64,000 nt of DNA from Phoronis australis (lineage: Eukaryota > Animalia > Phoronida): positions 1,740,278-1,804,277 of the forward strand of contig NMRA01000001.1 of the NCBI GenBank assembly GCA_002633005.1. The letters are read 5' to 3'. Within the stretch, counting starts at the first letter, position 1. The number at the start of each line of letters is the position of its first letter. A program made the position numbers and the translations under genes. Below the pieces are notes generated by a model. The model ran no database searches, was not told the origin of the DNA, and was given only the letters and a program-made list of their open reading frames with translations. Shown piece by piece: positions 13,631-27,846 of this stretch.

Positions 13631-15349
13631 TATGTGAAATATTGTAAAACTTGACAATTTCTGTGAATAAGGTTTGAGATATCCTTAAGAAAGGTTCAAT
13701 AGAACATATAGACATATCTGACATATTGTAAAAACGACTAATTTTTGTGAATAAGGTTTGAGATACCCTTAAGTTGGGGCTGGGTGTTAAACCACGCATG
13801 GGCATTTGGAAATTAAGCTTTATCCTGTTAATGGGCATCAACCCAGAGGAATGTGGTGTATTTTTAATATTTTGATTTGTTTCTGGTTTGCTATAAATAT
13901 TTTCCGTCATGAGATTTTTAGTTACAAAGTGATAAGGTGTGTTCATTTCCTCTGTTTGGAATTGAATCATGATCAATGGAAACTGTCCGTTGAGATTTCC
14001 AATGCTGCTGCTCTTTCTCTAGTCTCAGATGTGACATTTGCATTGCTTCTATGTAGTGTGGATGAATCCCTGTCATAAACAACTGATAACTCCATATATT
14101 TGTGTAGTGGGTTTGGTCAGGCAAAGGCCTGACTATAAATTTGTGTCTGCTCTGAATTTTATTGTCTTCGCATGCTAATGTCATGTCAATAAAAGGCTTG
14201 GATGAAATTTCTGTGTAGAAAACTCGGTCATGTAGTTGTTAAGTTATGATCAGGATTGTAAACAGCTCACAAAGAAAAACTCTCATTGACAAAAGTAATG
14301 GCCCACTCCAGGTGTTCAAGTTCATTGAGTTGCTATTGAGAAAACCGGTGTCTATGAGTGTGAAAAGTGCCTGCCTAATGATATTGCCACTTATAATTGA
14401 CATGTTGAGAACAGCAGGTACTAATCAATTGATTTCTTATGTTTATGTACCATGTTATGGAATAACAACAGATTGGTTGTGTGGGGTCAAGAAATGCAAA
14501 TTGCAGTACAATTATCATTTTCAAGACAGGAAACAATTATTAATTTTTAATGAACAGGATAGCCATTCTACTATTTCATTTCGGACTCTTATGAACCTTT
14601 TCTTCAACAAGATGAGTGGGTGTGTTCCGCTGTTATCACTGTCCTAATCCAGACCAAAGGAGTACCTGGTCTACTGGGAAAATGTAACTGAGACAACAGA
14701 GAGGGGTAAACAATGTACACAAAAGTGTGTACAGCATCAGGATACTGACTCTCTGAGCAAACTGTGGCACCCAATCCTCCAACCCATCCAATCTTAGACT
14801 CCCCACTTTAGGATGGATAAAGAGAAGACTGTATGCTGTGCTCCCTTCTTGAATAATTGACCCACAAGAATTGTTGACTCAGCCACCAAGGAGCAGATAA
14901 TCATGGTTTAAGAACATTGACTGCCAGTGACATGTTGCTTTGAGAATAAGAATTCAACTTCAATAATATGGTAGTTCCCTGACTTATTGAACCTCGCACC
15001 TTTTATGAATACTGTCGTAGTCTACTAGTTTTACTGATCAAATCAATGAATCATGACAAGAATGAGGAACTACTGATGTAAGAAATGGCTTTTTGTTTTT
15101 ATTGCACTTGTTTTTATTTTCAGTCTGGTTGCACATATACACTATATAAACAGCGTCTTTTTAGCAAGAAAAACAAGGGATTGACAGGTGGATTAAGAAA
15201 AGCTGTCAATTAACATTTCTATTGCCTTCAGAGGCACAGTGCTGTTGGTCTATAGTGTCAAACAAGGTTGAAACTAAAGTGTTTTCATTATTAAGACAAT
15301 CCTGAAGGTATATGACTTTTTAGACCATAACATCTGATAATTCATAGTT

Positions 15350-16260
15350 TATTGTGCCCACAATACACTCAGCAGATAGATAGGGGACAAGGGCACAATG
15401 AACACATGTGTATGAGCATCATACCGTCCATCTGGCGCCAGCAGCTGTTATGTGTCTCTCTAAATCTCAATATTCAAAGTATCTTCAAAATTGGTAGGTC
15501 ATGCTGAGAAGAGGAGGGCCGACAGTTATTTTTGGACGGCTCTGACTACCGTACTGGGTTTCCCCTTGTGGCATTTTTGTGTGTTTGTCCGTTCTTCTTA
15601 GATCCTGTGCCAAGCCTTATGACAACTGTATTTCTACAAACATGACAACAAATGAGCCCTCCAGTGGTAATTCTGTATTTTAACAGTTGCCTTTGACTCT
15701 TGACTCCTTGACGGATTATTTGAAATTTGCTGAACATGGTGGATGCAATGGTTTTGCACAACCTGGAGGCCATTTTTATCATTTTGGTGTCTGTTTTTGG
15801 CATATTGCTCTTTGTCTCCAAAATTGCTCAAAGAATTTAGATGTGTTGTTACTGAGGAGATTGTGACTGACCTTAATTTTCGGACAGCTCCGACTGTTCT
15901 GCCACATTCTAATGATGTTTTTTGAGTCTACAGCTGTATGGTTTAAATGCCTTATAGAATTTTTGTGAAATTTGGCATTTGTATTTTTATGGACATGATA
16001 ACAAATTAATAACAATTTTTGGATGTATCCATTCTGCTTTCACCCCCAGTGGCAATATCATTTTTTACATTTTCTTCTTTATCTTCAGAGTACATTGACG
16101 GATTTTCATGAATGTGTTTCCAAGAAAGAAACAATGATATCATTCACATTTTTTAATGGATTCCGTGAATTTTATACCACCTAGTGGCCATTCTTATTGT
16201 TTTCGGAATCTGCCTCTGTGTCATTCATTGATTTTATCAAAATTAAGGCGCTGTCGATTT
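15350..16260 (+). mobile_element. Partial HINE-like copy (duplicated at ~21757-22670)
   Basis: tgtgcccaca start, ccgtccatctggcgcc, and the same ~150-bp monomers (e.g. ccacctagtggcca at ~16177-16190). Boundaries approximate. Confidence 0.6.
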
Positions 16261-16784
16261 TTTTATTGCCGTTTGCTGGCTGGTAACAGTACAGGCTCTG
16301 CTCCAGTCGCACTGACGGCGTTTTCTCGGCCTGGGTTCCTGAATGAATTGTACTTCCGGGTTCGTGGCAAGTTCAAAATGGCGGTGTTTCTTCGGGTGCG
16401 AATCGTGAGTGGCGCGTTCATTTAAACTTTTTTCGAGTACGGNAAAGCAATATGGCGGGTTTTGCCCCCTTTCCGGTGACGTCACAGTGACTAACGAGAA
16501 ACTCGCAAGTGAGCTATTGTTGAAATATGCCACCACACAAGTGACAATTTGATGGCACGATGGTCATTAAACATTTATAAAAATGCTGGGAAATAAATCT
16601 GACTGCATTAAAAACCCATACAAAATGCAGAAAGGTGTCCACCAAGCACTTCATTACCATCTGGTGACAAGGTGTATTTCATCGTGATGCCCTTGTATTG
16701 AAATTGTACTGTTAATCCCTATAAAATCCTTCGAAAGGGTGACCTTTATATGGACGTTCCCTACCATTAGGTCCTTTATTCTTA

Positions 16785-17296
16785 AGGCCCTTTCATATTG
16801 ATTTAACTACGGTCTGAGCGGAGCGTCGACGTAAACAGCGCAGTTAACTGGACCGTTCATACTGGCTTCGGTTCCATCGAAGTAAAGGGTTGGTGACGCT
16901 GACGTCATTGAAGTTATCGCAAGGTAGCGCTGCACGCTAAGATTTTTTTCAATGTGACAATTTGGAACATTTAAATGTGCTAAATGACATTAAACTTATT
17001 TTTAAATCGATTGGTTATCATTAAAGCAAAAAATAAGCATTTATTAGTGACGGCACTACTCTGTAACTGTTGACGATAACAGTGGCACCTGGCAATAACT
17101 TCGATTGGACCGGAGTTAAGCGTTCATACTGCACCGCAGCATCAACGCTGCGGCGTCAACGCTGCGGTCTTAAATCCACCTATTAACTGCGATGTTAACT
17201 GGAGCTGTTAACTGCTATCCAGGACCGGAGTTAAGCGTTCATACTGACCGCAACTCCCCAAATCATCGACGCGTTGACGTTAGTATGAAAGGCCCT
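16785..17296. mobile_element. Duplicate of the Harbinger-type MITE within copy 2
   Basis: Same TIRs and TTA flanks at the matching position. Confidence 0.8.
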
Positions 17297-17880
17297 TTAG
17301 TGAATGAGTATCCTAAGTTTCCTGGTGCCCACCTGTCAAAGTATAGTAGTCTAGTTCCCCCTACCCCTGTGCACTTGTCGCATAGCTCTATGTACATTGC
17401 AGCCATAGCTTGCCACTTGTCAATGAAGTTGTTTTTTAATGTTGCGAGGTAAGTTGCAACACATCTGAGTGAGGCAATCGTTCTTCAACAGAGTCTGCTG
17501 TCTGCTCAAAAGTTTGTTAGGGGCCCTATCTTTCGAATTTTAGGTCATGCACACAATACATTTAAATATTTCCACTGAAGAGGTAAGGTGACTCCTGTAT
17601 GTGAGAATTACATGGTTATTCCTGCAATTTTATTGAGTGGATAGATTTCACTACGGTTGCCATGGTTGAGTGTTAACTTTTTTATAATATTTACCCAGTG
17701 ACAGGTGTGCAAATTGACTTGGTCACGCCACCAGGTGATTTTTCCCTGGTTGTTTTTAAACATCAACTGAACTACTGCATGAGTTGATTTTGATAAAACA
17801 GACTTCTAGTGCAGCAGGCACTGTAAAAGATCTGCGTTTGAAAGTGAGTAAAACATAGGTACGCTCTATATTCATATACC

Positions 17881-17957
17881 TGTGTGTGTGTGTGCGTGTG
17901 TGTGTGTGTGCGCGCGTGTATGTGCGCGCGTGTGTGTGCGCGCGTGCGTGCGTGTGT
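17881..17957. repeat. (GT)n/(GC)n compound microsatellite, second copy
   Basis: Visible tract with a different internal arrangement from 10212-10290. Confidence 0.95.
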
Positions 17958-18852
17958 CTTGCATCATTTGTTAGAGTGGAACAGGGTTACGTTATACACA
18001 AAATGGTGGTGCATCATATGTGCCCACAATGTCTTGATATTGAATATTCCGTAAAACTGATTAAAGCTTTTGTTCCTGATGGGCATTTTTGTATGTTTCT
18101 TTTAGGCAGACGATGAAACCTTCCTATTTTCAGACGGGCTTCCCATATTTTGCATCATTTAGTTACGATACCGGAATAGAAGCATACCGTTTCTGGTGTA
18201 GTCATGTTGCTTTTGTTTCATTGTTGAAGTGCTTTTAACGTTGTTGTGAATGGCCACATTTTTCACAACATACAATGGTTAAGTTATGATGTAGAAGTTG
18301 AACATGGAAAAGCGTTAATTTGGTGTGAAGTATCTTTCATTTAAAATCATAAAATAAAATGCCATATTGTGTCTTAAATTGGTGAAACTTTACCGTAAGC
18401 ATTTACTGGTACCTGAACAGCCTAAACGGGTACCTAAACGCCCGTTTGAGTTGCTAAAGTTTGCAGAGAGGCTTTTTATACACTCACGTGGATGAATGTT
18501 GTCATCCCTTGCTGGAAGTTCACATGAAAATTGACATTTGGTTTCTATGGAAGACAACACGTGCTCATTTTATGGCATATTGTATGCAGTGGCATATTTT
18601 GTACTTCAGTGTCCTCTTTGGCATATGTCTTTCTTTCTGCTAAACAATTTGAAAAATAAAATAGTAGTCAAATCGGGTAATTTGAAGGGGTCCATTTTCA
18701 ACGAAAAACCTAAGTGGCGATGATTTTTGAACTAACAGTTCTTGGTAGAATGCTTTATGTTTGGCAGATTACGTTATGTCCAGGATAGAGCTCCAGTTTT
18801 TAACCATTTTCAGTTCTGACTTGTGCAGTGTCCCCTAGTGACAATTTTATTA

Positions 18853-19009
18853 CCGTAAACGTTCGGGTAAACGCCCATGCTCAGTTAACCGCCCACCCCC
18901 TACTTTAGGTGGATTTTCGATTTAACCGCCCACTGCTCGGTTAAGCGCCCCCCTGCGATTTTTGAAGATTTCCAGTTAAGCGCCCACCTCTCGGTTAAGC
19001 GCCCATCCC
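18853..19009. mobile_element. Left end of the same MITE family, truncated by a gap
   Basis: ta|ccgtaaacgttcgggtaaacgccc. The matching site at ~11301-11320 is empty. Confidence 0.85.
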
Positions 19010-22000
19010 NNNNNNNNNNNNNNNNNNNNNNNNNNNNNNNNNNNNNNNNNNNNNNNNNNNNNNNNNNNNNNNNNNNNNNNNNNNNNNNNNNNNNNNNNNN
19101 NNNNNNNNNNNNNNNNNNNNNNNNNNNNNNNNNNNNNNNNNNNNNNNNNNNNNNNNNNNNNNNNNNNNNNNNNNNNNNNNNNNNNNNNNNNNNNNNNNNN
19201 NNNNNNNNNNNNNNNNNNNNNNNNNNNNNNNNNNNNNNNNNNNNNNNNNNNNNNNNNNNNNNNNNNNNNNNNNNNNNNNTTTTTTGCCATTGTTATTGTT
19301 ACTTGAACACCTTTTTCAAGTAAAATTTCATTTTTCAGAAAGGTACATTCATAGCAAATTAATGCCTGGGTCAATTTTATTAAAACCTTTTTTAAATGAA
19401 AATTTCACCAGTTACCTCAAAAGCGCTGTTAGGAATTTTTGATTAGTGTCTTAGTTTGGTTTCTGTGACAAATCCAACTTGCAAAACGTAAGGTGTTTTT
19501 TGTGAAAAAATAGCAGTCGTATTCGTCTTTATTACATTACGCAAAAACTAGGCCTTTATATCGAAAATCCTGAGTTTTTGAGATTGATGAATAAATGTTG
19601 AGTTTGGAAAGTTTTAGTGAAATTCACTGAGCCGTTTTCGAGAACTAGTGTTCCTAAGTTTAAATTAAGTTGATTTGCCGAAGCCGAGAAAAAGCTGATT
19701 AAGTTGGGACACGTGAAAATCTCAAGGTCTGGTTAATTCTTCCGTGAAAACTTGTTTTTGGTCAATAGAACTGATGCATGCCTTAACCTTGTTCACTATT
19801 TCAATATTCACTCTCAATGTCAATTAAATTTGCAGTACGCAATTTAATTATCGCTAAAACGTTTAATTTTGTTACCCTCTCCAGTCTGAGAGGGGGATCA
19901 ACTTAAAAGTAGGTCAACAATTCACTGTTACACACACCATGCGCCAGGAGACTGATATGAAACCAAGTCTGTTAAAGCACGTGGTGAGCATGAGATGGAT
20001 GAGGCGAAATGTCAAGTTTCCTATAAAATTAAGGAATTTGGGTGGGGATTTATCTCTTTTCACAACTTGCTGTGTTTGTGAGCACAAAATCAAAGAGGCA
20101 TGAGGCGACTCAGAGCATTCGTTCTTAATGGTTGTATGCATGCAAACGCACAGCTCCCTCAGGATCAAAATCGTGTTTTGTCTTCGTTTTCCACGGCATC
20201 TTTCTACCTAATGTACACCCCGTTGACTCAATATTATGGCAACTCGATAAATGAAATGACTGAGGGAGTGTACTGAGCTCCTCTGTGCATAGCGGAAGAT
20301 TGGATTTGAGTGACAGCCCCGTAACCTATGACCTAAGATAAGTACCAAACAAATTTCCATGCAGTTGTGCAATTCCGAGGTGGTTCTGCTCGATCTTTTT
20401 TTCTAGCTACTGGTATATGTTTTGTATCTGAAGCCCCCCGAGAATGAAGATAAGGTATTTTGTTAGATATATATGAAATATTGTAAAACTTGACAATTTC
20501 TGTGAATAAGGTGTGAGATATTATTAAGAAAAGTTCAATAGAACATATAGACATATCTGAAATATTGTAAAAATGACCAATTTTTGTGAATAAGGTTTGA
20601 GATATCCTAAGTTGGGGCTGGGTGTTAAACCATGCATGGGCATTTGGAAATTAAGCTCTATCCTGTTAATGGGCATCAACCCAGAGGAATGTGGTGTATA
20701 TTTTGATTTGTTTCTGGTTTGCTATAAATATTTTCCGTCATGAGATTTTTAGTTACAAAGTGATAAGGTGTGTTCATTTCCTGTGTTACGAATTGAATCG
20801 TGATCAATGGAAACTGTACCTTGAGTTTTCCAATGCTGCTACTCTTTCTCTAGTCTCAGATGTGACATTTACATTGCATCTATGTAGTGTGGATGAATCC
20901 CTGTCATAAACAACTGATAACTCCATATATTTATGTAGTGGGTTAGGTCACGCAAAGGCCTGACTATAAATTTGTGTCTGCTCCGAATTTTATTGTCTTC
21001 GCACGCTAATGTCATGTCAATAAAAGGCTTGGATGAAATTTCTGCTTAGAAAACTCTGTCATGTAGTTGTTTTATGATCATGATTGTAAACAGCTCATAA
21101 AGAAAAACTCTGTCATTGACAAAAGAAGTGGCCCACTCCAGGTGTACAAGTTCATTGAGTTGCTATTGAGAAAACTGGTGTCTATGAGTGCGGAAAGTGC
21201 CTGCCTAATGATATTGCCACTTATAATTGACATGTTGAGAACAGCAGGTACTAATCAATTGATTTCTTATGTTTATGTACCATGTAATGGAATAACAACA
21301 GATTGGTTGTGTGGGGTCAAGAAATGCAAATTGCAGTACAATTGTCATTTTCAGGACAGGAAACAATTATTAATTTTTAATGAACAGGATAGCCATTCTA
21401 CTATTTCATTTCGGACTCTTATGGACTTTTTCTTCAACAAGATGAGTGGGTGTGTTCCGCTGTTATCACTGTCCTAATCCAGACCAAAGGAGTACCTGGT
21501 CTACTGGGAAAATGTAACTGAGACAACAGAGAGGGGTAAACAATGTACACAAAAGTGTGTACAGCATCAGGATACTGACTCTCTGAGCAAACTGTGGCAC
21601 CCAATCCTCCAACCCATCCAATCTTAGACTCCCCACTTTAGGATGGATAAAGAGAAGACTGTATGCTGTGCTCCCTTCTTGAATANGTTTTCATTATTAA
21701 GACAATCCTGAAGGTATATGACTTTTTAGACCATAACATCTGATAATTCATAGTTTATTGTGCCCACAATACACTCAGCAGATAGATAGGGGACAAGGGC
21801 ACAATGAACACATGTGTATGAGCATCATACCGTCCATCTGGCGCCAGCAGCTGTTATGTGTCTCTCTAAATCTCAATATTCAAAGTATCTTCAAAATTGG
21901 TAGGTCATGCTGAGAAGAGGAGGGCCGACAGTTATTTTTGGACGGCTCTGACTACCGTACTGGGTTTCCCCTTGTGGCATTTTTGTGTGTTTGTCCGTTC

Positions 22001-22940
22001 TTCTTAGATCCTGTGCCAAGCCTTATGACAACTGTATTTCTACAAACATGACAACAAATGAGCCCTCCAGTGGTAATTCTGTATTTTAACAGTTGCCTTT
22101 GACTCTTGACTCCTTGACGGATTATTTGAAATTTGCTGAACATGGTGGATGCAATGGTTTTGCACAACCTGGAGGCCATTTTTATCATTTTGGTGTCTGT
22201 TTTTGGCATATTGCTCTTTGTCTCCAAAATTGCTCAAAGAATTTAGATGTGTTGTTACTGAGGAGATTGTGACTGACCTTAATTTTCGGACAGCTCCGAC
22301 TGTTCTGCCACATTCTAATGATGTTTTTTGAGTCTACAGCTGTATGGTTTAAATGCCTTATAGAATTTTTGTGAAATTTGGCATATGTATTTTTATGGAC
22401 ATGATAACAAATTAATAACAATTTTTGGATGTATCCATTTTGCTTTCACCTCCAGTGGCAATATCATTTTTTACATTTTCTTCTTTATCTTCAGAGTACA
22501 TTGACGGATTTTCATGAATGTGTTTCCAAGAAAGAAACAATGACATCATTCACATTTTTTAATGGATTCCGTGAATTTTATACCACCTAGTGGCCATTCT
22601 TATTGTTTTCGGAATCTGCCTCTGTGTCATTCATTGATTTTATCAAAATTAAGGCGCTGTCGATTTTTTTTATCCCCGTTTGCTGGCTGGTAACAGTACA
22701 GGCTCTGCTCCAGTCGCACTGACGGCGTTTTCTCGGCCTGGGTTCCTGAATGAATTGTACTTCCAGGTTTGCGGCAAGTTCAAAAAAGCGGGGTTTCTTC
22801 GGGTGCGAATCGTGAGTGGCGCGTTCATTTAAACTTTTTTCGAGTACGGATCGTGTATTAGTTATGGGGTAGGTACTTCTTGGAACCTTATAACATCTTC
22901 TAACCATGTAATAAGGGTTAACAACGCGTGAGAGAAGGAC

Positions 22941-23038
22941 TTTAAGCGCCCATCCTCGACTTTCAAATATTGAAGACTTAGCACCCAGTTCTAAGGAAAC
23001 GCGCGACTTCCCGACATTTAGATAAAGATCGATGATTA
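22941..23038 (+). mobile_element. Older internal fragment of the same MITE family
   Basis: Diverged match to 12781-12870 (ttaagcgcccatc...taaggaaac...gatgat). Confidence 0.6.
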
Positions 23039-24304
23039 GTGGGAATGTTTAAAATATTGATCATGTATGCGATGCAAATTGTGGGCGCACATCAAAGCAT
23101 TGTGGGCAAAATATGAGATACTCTTGCTTTGGATTATTAGGTGTGTATATGACATTTTAAGTCATTTGTCATGCAATGCCAAGGGAATGCTCAAATATAG
23201 AAACTCTTTTTCAACTAATTAACGTTAATACCATTCTGAGGATCCTGTGACAAGTTTGACATGTAGTGTCATTAGTTAATGTGGAGAATGAGTTTATGTA
23301 TTAATTAAAGAGACCTACAGGGGTAGGAGTCAGCCATGCATCTTGAATACATGAAAATTTTCCTTGGCACCTGATTGCTTAATTGGGCCAACAGGCACAT
23401 TGAAACTGTAAATGTCTTGCCAAGGATATAGGTATTGCTTACCAGCTGATGAAATTTCGTTGACAATGTTGGTAACCAAAAATAAATCAATTTCAACGAT
23501 ATAGGTGCATAGCAAGATAAAAAAGTGTTTGGGTTGCCCAAATTAAACAAACTATGAGTTGCCATCATTTTCGCTAATTTACCACCCCCATCACCAGCAT
23601 AGTTTCATCATTGGTGTTGTAAATTATTGGGGACAGGTGCAGCCTGGTCCTCTGTGTCTTATGACCTTGAATATTCGAAAATACTGTACAGATTCCCACT
23701 GTTAATTAACATGTTTGGTTCAAATTAAAAATATGGTTAACATTTAGACCACTCGTTATCTGAGTAATGTACTGGGATATAGCAGGCAAAATCGTGAAAG
23801 ATTTTGAGGTACTGTGGGTCAGTTGTCCCCATATTTTTTTTTAAAGGGTCCTTGTGTCTAGTTTGGATGCTTCAGCCAGGTGTAGGTAAATAAGCTTAAT
23901 TTTCACGTCCATGAATCCAGGAATGTATAAAAATTGCTGCCCTTATTTGCAGAAATAATTCATTAATCTTGCTTGTTTAATGTTGCTACATTTTTTCTAA
24001 CTAGCCTAATTATCTGTTCAAAACACTAGAATCACACTCCTTATGTCCCCACATAATACATACATCACATCACAAAAGTAATGACAGTCTTTTTTAATAC
24101 TTACACATCGGAATGGGGATCATGGATTTGTAAGCAGAAACTTTATTTTATCTTTTCTTTATATAAAGTATAAAGCTCCAAAGTAATGCTTTACCAGGTA
24201 CAATTTTGAAAACTTGCTGGCCGCTTACTACAGTGTAGGAAAATATTGAAAAACAAGAGAAGGGCAATTATTTTTGTCTGATATTTTTTTAAGTGTTCAT
24301 CAAT

Positions 24305-24990
24305 AACAGTTTTTTTAATGTTTATTACGAAATCTTCAGAATACAATGAATATACATAACCCAGAAAGCACCAAGAGGCATTAGATCTGGGTAAAAAAAA
24401 TACAAAGAAGTCTATATATACAATGATTACGAATACATAAATAAAAAAACTGATGTTAAGAATACAATGATATATGATAATGAATGAAAATAATTCATTT
24501 TCATACAGATGTATAAAATTCTATCCACTCACACTAAGAGATTTAATGTTATAAAGAAATTCTGATACTATTTCAAATAAAACCTTATTTTCGTTTGAGT
24601 TAAGTTCTTGACATCCATACAGAAAGAAATTAATTTTGTTGTACAATTGCGGAATTTCAAAATATTTTTTATAAACATTGGGGTAATGTTCGAGTGCCTG
24701 GAAGAGCTGTACCCTCTCCTCCTTGCATACCTCACAAGCAAAGAAAACATGAGAATATGTCTGGGTATCTCCACAGGAACACAGAGGCGAAATATTATTA
24801 AAATTATGTCTAAATTTCTCGTTGTTTAGGAATAGACCACATCTTGATCTGTATAGGGTTATTTCATGGTTGCGGGGAAGTTGGAATGATGTCAATGGGA
24901 CTGGCATTAGTCTGGAGTAGTGGTATGCATTTTAAAGTTATTTTTGAGAGTGACGATTGAAGTGCTTTCTTTTATTTTGAATGGTAAGTC
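24305..24990 (-). mobile_element. 5'-truncated CR1/L2-clade LINE: ORF2 C-terminus plus 3' UTR
   Basis: Peptides LPFKIKESTS..FK and RSRCGLFLNNEKFRHNFNNISPLCSCG..HVFFAC are typical of the post-RT region of this clade. A related 3' tail occurs at ~43622-43710. Confidence 0.7.
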
Positions 24991-25710
24991 AAGAAGAATT
25001 CAAATGTAAAGTCATCTCATAAATATTCAAGCAACCAGTACATTGCATGCATGTTTAAACTAGAATCTCATTATTCTCTAGTGGCAATTTTTTAGTTTAG
25101 TATTTACTTTTGGTGTCATACTTTCCATCTGCCACACTCCTTGAAGAGTGGTCATCCTATGGCAGCTCAGTTTGTGTGAACCTGAGCATTTGGTGTTGAT
25201 TATTGGATTATCTCACAGCTCTCACAGCTCTCTACTGCACCCTCCCCCCAACCCCTGGTGACAATTTTCATTTCTATTGTGGTAGGTTCAATACCTTGCG
25301 AGATTTCAGTCGAACAACCAGCCTTAGAAGTAAAGTTTACTGCTGTTGAACACTCTAATGTGTCAAATTTGTGGAAAATGATGAGAACCCCTTATATTAA
25401 GTTCGCTATTTGTAATGCACACGGTGGGCTCATATCAATAATCTGCATTGCTCTTCATTTTCAACAACCGATACTTCCCATTGTTAAACGTAAATTTAAA
25501 AAGTGAGACGAATCCATCAGCTATAGACACAGAAAAAATTGCAACGAAATCGAAAAATAGCTGAAAGGATTCCTTTACAACTTAACATATGAATAGTTTT
25601 ACCTATTTTGAAATGAATAGTTCATATTATCCTATGTAAAATAGACTTCGCTAAAATAACCTTCTGGGAACTTAACCCTGCAGGTTCATTTAAGGTATTT
25701 GCACATCTTG

Positions 25711-26160
25711 TGATGTGCCCACATTGCACATTTTCTCTTCCAATGTGTTTGTCCAGACTGGCGTCCACTGCTATATCTTCATAACCTCTTGATGGGTGTT
25801 CATGAAATTTTGCGAACATGTTCCTATCGTGGATCTCACAGCATGCAGTGCTGCACGGATTCAACTATTGGTGTGCCCCTAGTGTTAATTTCATTTTTTT
25901 AAAAAGAGGATGACTTAAGTCCATTTTCTGATGGGTTTGACACATATTTTGTGCACCGTAGTGGCCACTTTGGGCCTCTTTTATCTTTGAAACCGCTTGA
26001 AGGATCATTACAAAAATTAGCATAAACATAGTCTTATCGAGAAAACCATGGCTGATGTTGATTTTCAGATAGATCTGAGTGCTGTGACATCGTGGCCCTT
26101 TGCCTGCATCTCATTGCTACCATTAGTTCCTTGATGGATCTTCATGTTTGATGTGCTCCT
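25711..26160 (+). mobile_element. Partial HINE-like copy
   Basis: atgtgcccacat start and catgaaattttgc / gtgcccctagtg monomer motifs. Boundaries approximate. Confidence 0.5.
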
Positions 26161-27846
26161 ATATAGATTTGACAGAGTGTAAAATCCTCTAATGCTGGCA
26201 TTGTTTTTCTTAATGTGTATGCCACAATATCTACAAAGTTTCTCTAAATAGATGTTTAGGTAATATGGCGAATGGATTACTATCAAGGAGACATGAGCAT
26301 GTAAAATATATCACACAGCTGGCGATTTTTGATAATATCGTATTCGACTCCTATGGCGTCCCCATTTAGCATTTTTGTCTTCTTTACTGATATCTATAAA
26401 ATTACTAAGTGGATCTTTCTGAATTTTGGCAAATAGTGTATCTACCGTAACAGTCAAGAGAGCTCAGCTTGACTTCATTTTTATGAATCTGTCTAACGTG
26501 GCGCCCCCTTGTGGTAATTTTAGTGAATGCTGAACCCATGTGGCAATCTATTTTGCAGCCACATCTCCATATAATTACCAAACTTGCCTGCTTGGACAGA
26601 TCTGGTCGCAAAATTATGACAACACAATTTGAATGCAATATAGGGTAGTAGGAAAGGTAGCACTGGGATTCCTTTCTGGGTTAGGTTGGCTTTCAAAGAG
26701 TGGCATTAAACAATCTGAGGTTGTCTGGGGTCCTTGGTTTTAGCAACCTCCTAATGTCTGACTTTACTGAAACATTACCCATTTTTGTGCTATTGTTAGA
26801 TGAAACTGGCTTGATATAAAAAATATCTGCAGTTCGTTTTTTAAACCTCAAAATTAGACAAGAAATTTAAAGTTACCAGGTGTCCTCCAACTCGGCATTG
26901 TCTAAAGCACATGGCTCACATGGATCTGGTCTGGTGCATTGGCTTATTTGATAGGAATCATTTTAGGACAGACTAAACCAGCTTACACAACCTGTCTGGT
27001 GACAACTCATGTTTTCATGTTAGCACACTAAATTGTGCTAGTGTTTAGTTGACTATGGTGACAAGAGCTCGAATTCCTCTGCCTTGGCCAGAGTACCTTT
27101 CTTTATGACTGAGAATGAAGGGAATTAATAGGCAAGTTGGAAAGGTTGTGTTAGAGTCATTGTGGCTCTTATGTTTGGATTATCAATCATCCATTTCAGA
27201 TACTGGGTAAGGAGTTTGAACCCCTTTCCCTGTTATGCAATAGTTTCTGCCTTAGCTTTGTTTTGTCTTGAAATTTCATTGGTTCTCTTTGGTCCTAAAT
27301 TTGCATGTTGGCCAATTGCAGTGTGTTTTTAAGTGTTTCAGGGTGTTGTCTAGCTCTTTGTCTTAAGCAATCTGTACAATTTTTTACAAGCAGAATTCTC
27401 CTTATTCAGTTCTGTTCCATCTGGTTAAAATTGTGCTTCTGTGAAGGTGTACAGTCCAGTGAGTATTTGGTAAAAATTCTTCAGTTTGGTGGACAGGGGA
27501 AATTTCATTTTGCTAATTTCTCAAGAAAGACAACTTTTCAAAAAAATCGCTTTGCTTTTGGCATGGTTTGTGTTTTGTATTATTTGTTTTGTAATATTTT
27601 GAGCATTTGTAACAACCTGGTAATCCTCTGATTAAATAGATTTTAGTGATTATTTTTTGTTCCAGTTGAAGAATTTTTGTATTATTTGTTCCCCTTAGTG
27701 GTTCCTAAGTAACAGAACAGTGTTATCAGTTGTACGTACCTTATACTCTTCTAGTCTTCGTCTATCATATTTTGTAACTGCTCCACATTTGCCGAGTGTT
27801 AATTCACCAGTCAGCGCTGGATTTGGAAACAGGAAACGGCTGATTG

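Larger units (their letters stand above)
8847..16442 (+). repeat. Copy 1 of a ~7.6-kb direct duplication
   Basis: Near-identical to 16516-22849 (offset 7669 at the start). ORF-track peptides recur, e.g. 9523 vs 17192 and 15546 vs 21952. It ends at the single n at 16443. Confidence 0.95.
16516..22849 (+). repeat. Copy 2 of the duplication (with gaps and indels)
   Basis: Colinear with copy 1. It lacks 12641-13630 and ~10778-10906, and contains gap 19010-19279 and the n join at 21686. Confidence 0.95.

Noticed and set aside
13440-14647. 178-aa and 133-aa ORFs in the duplicated block
   Set aside because: The 178-aa ORF runs across a MITE boundary and is not preserved in copy 2. Neither has coding motifs.
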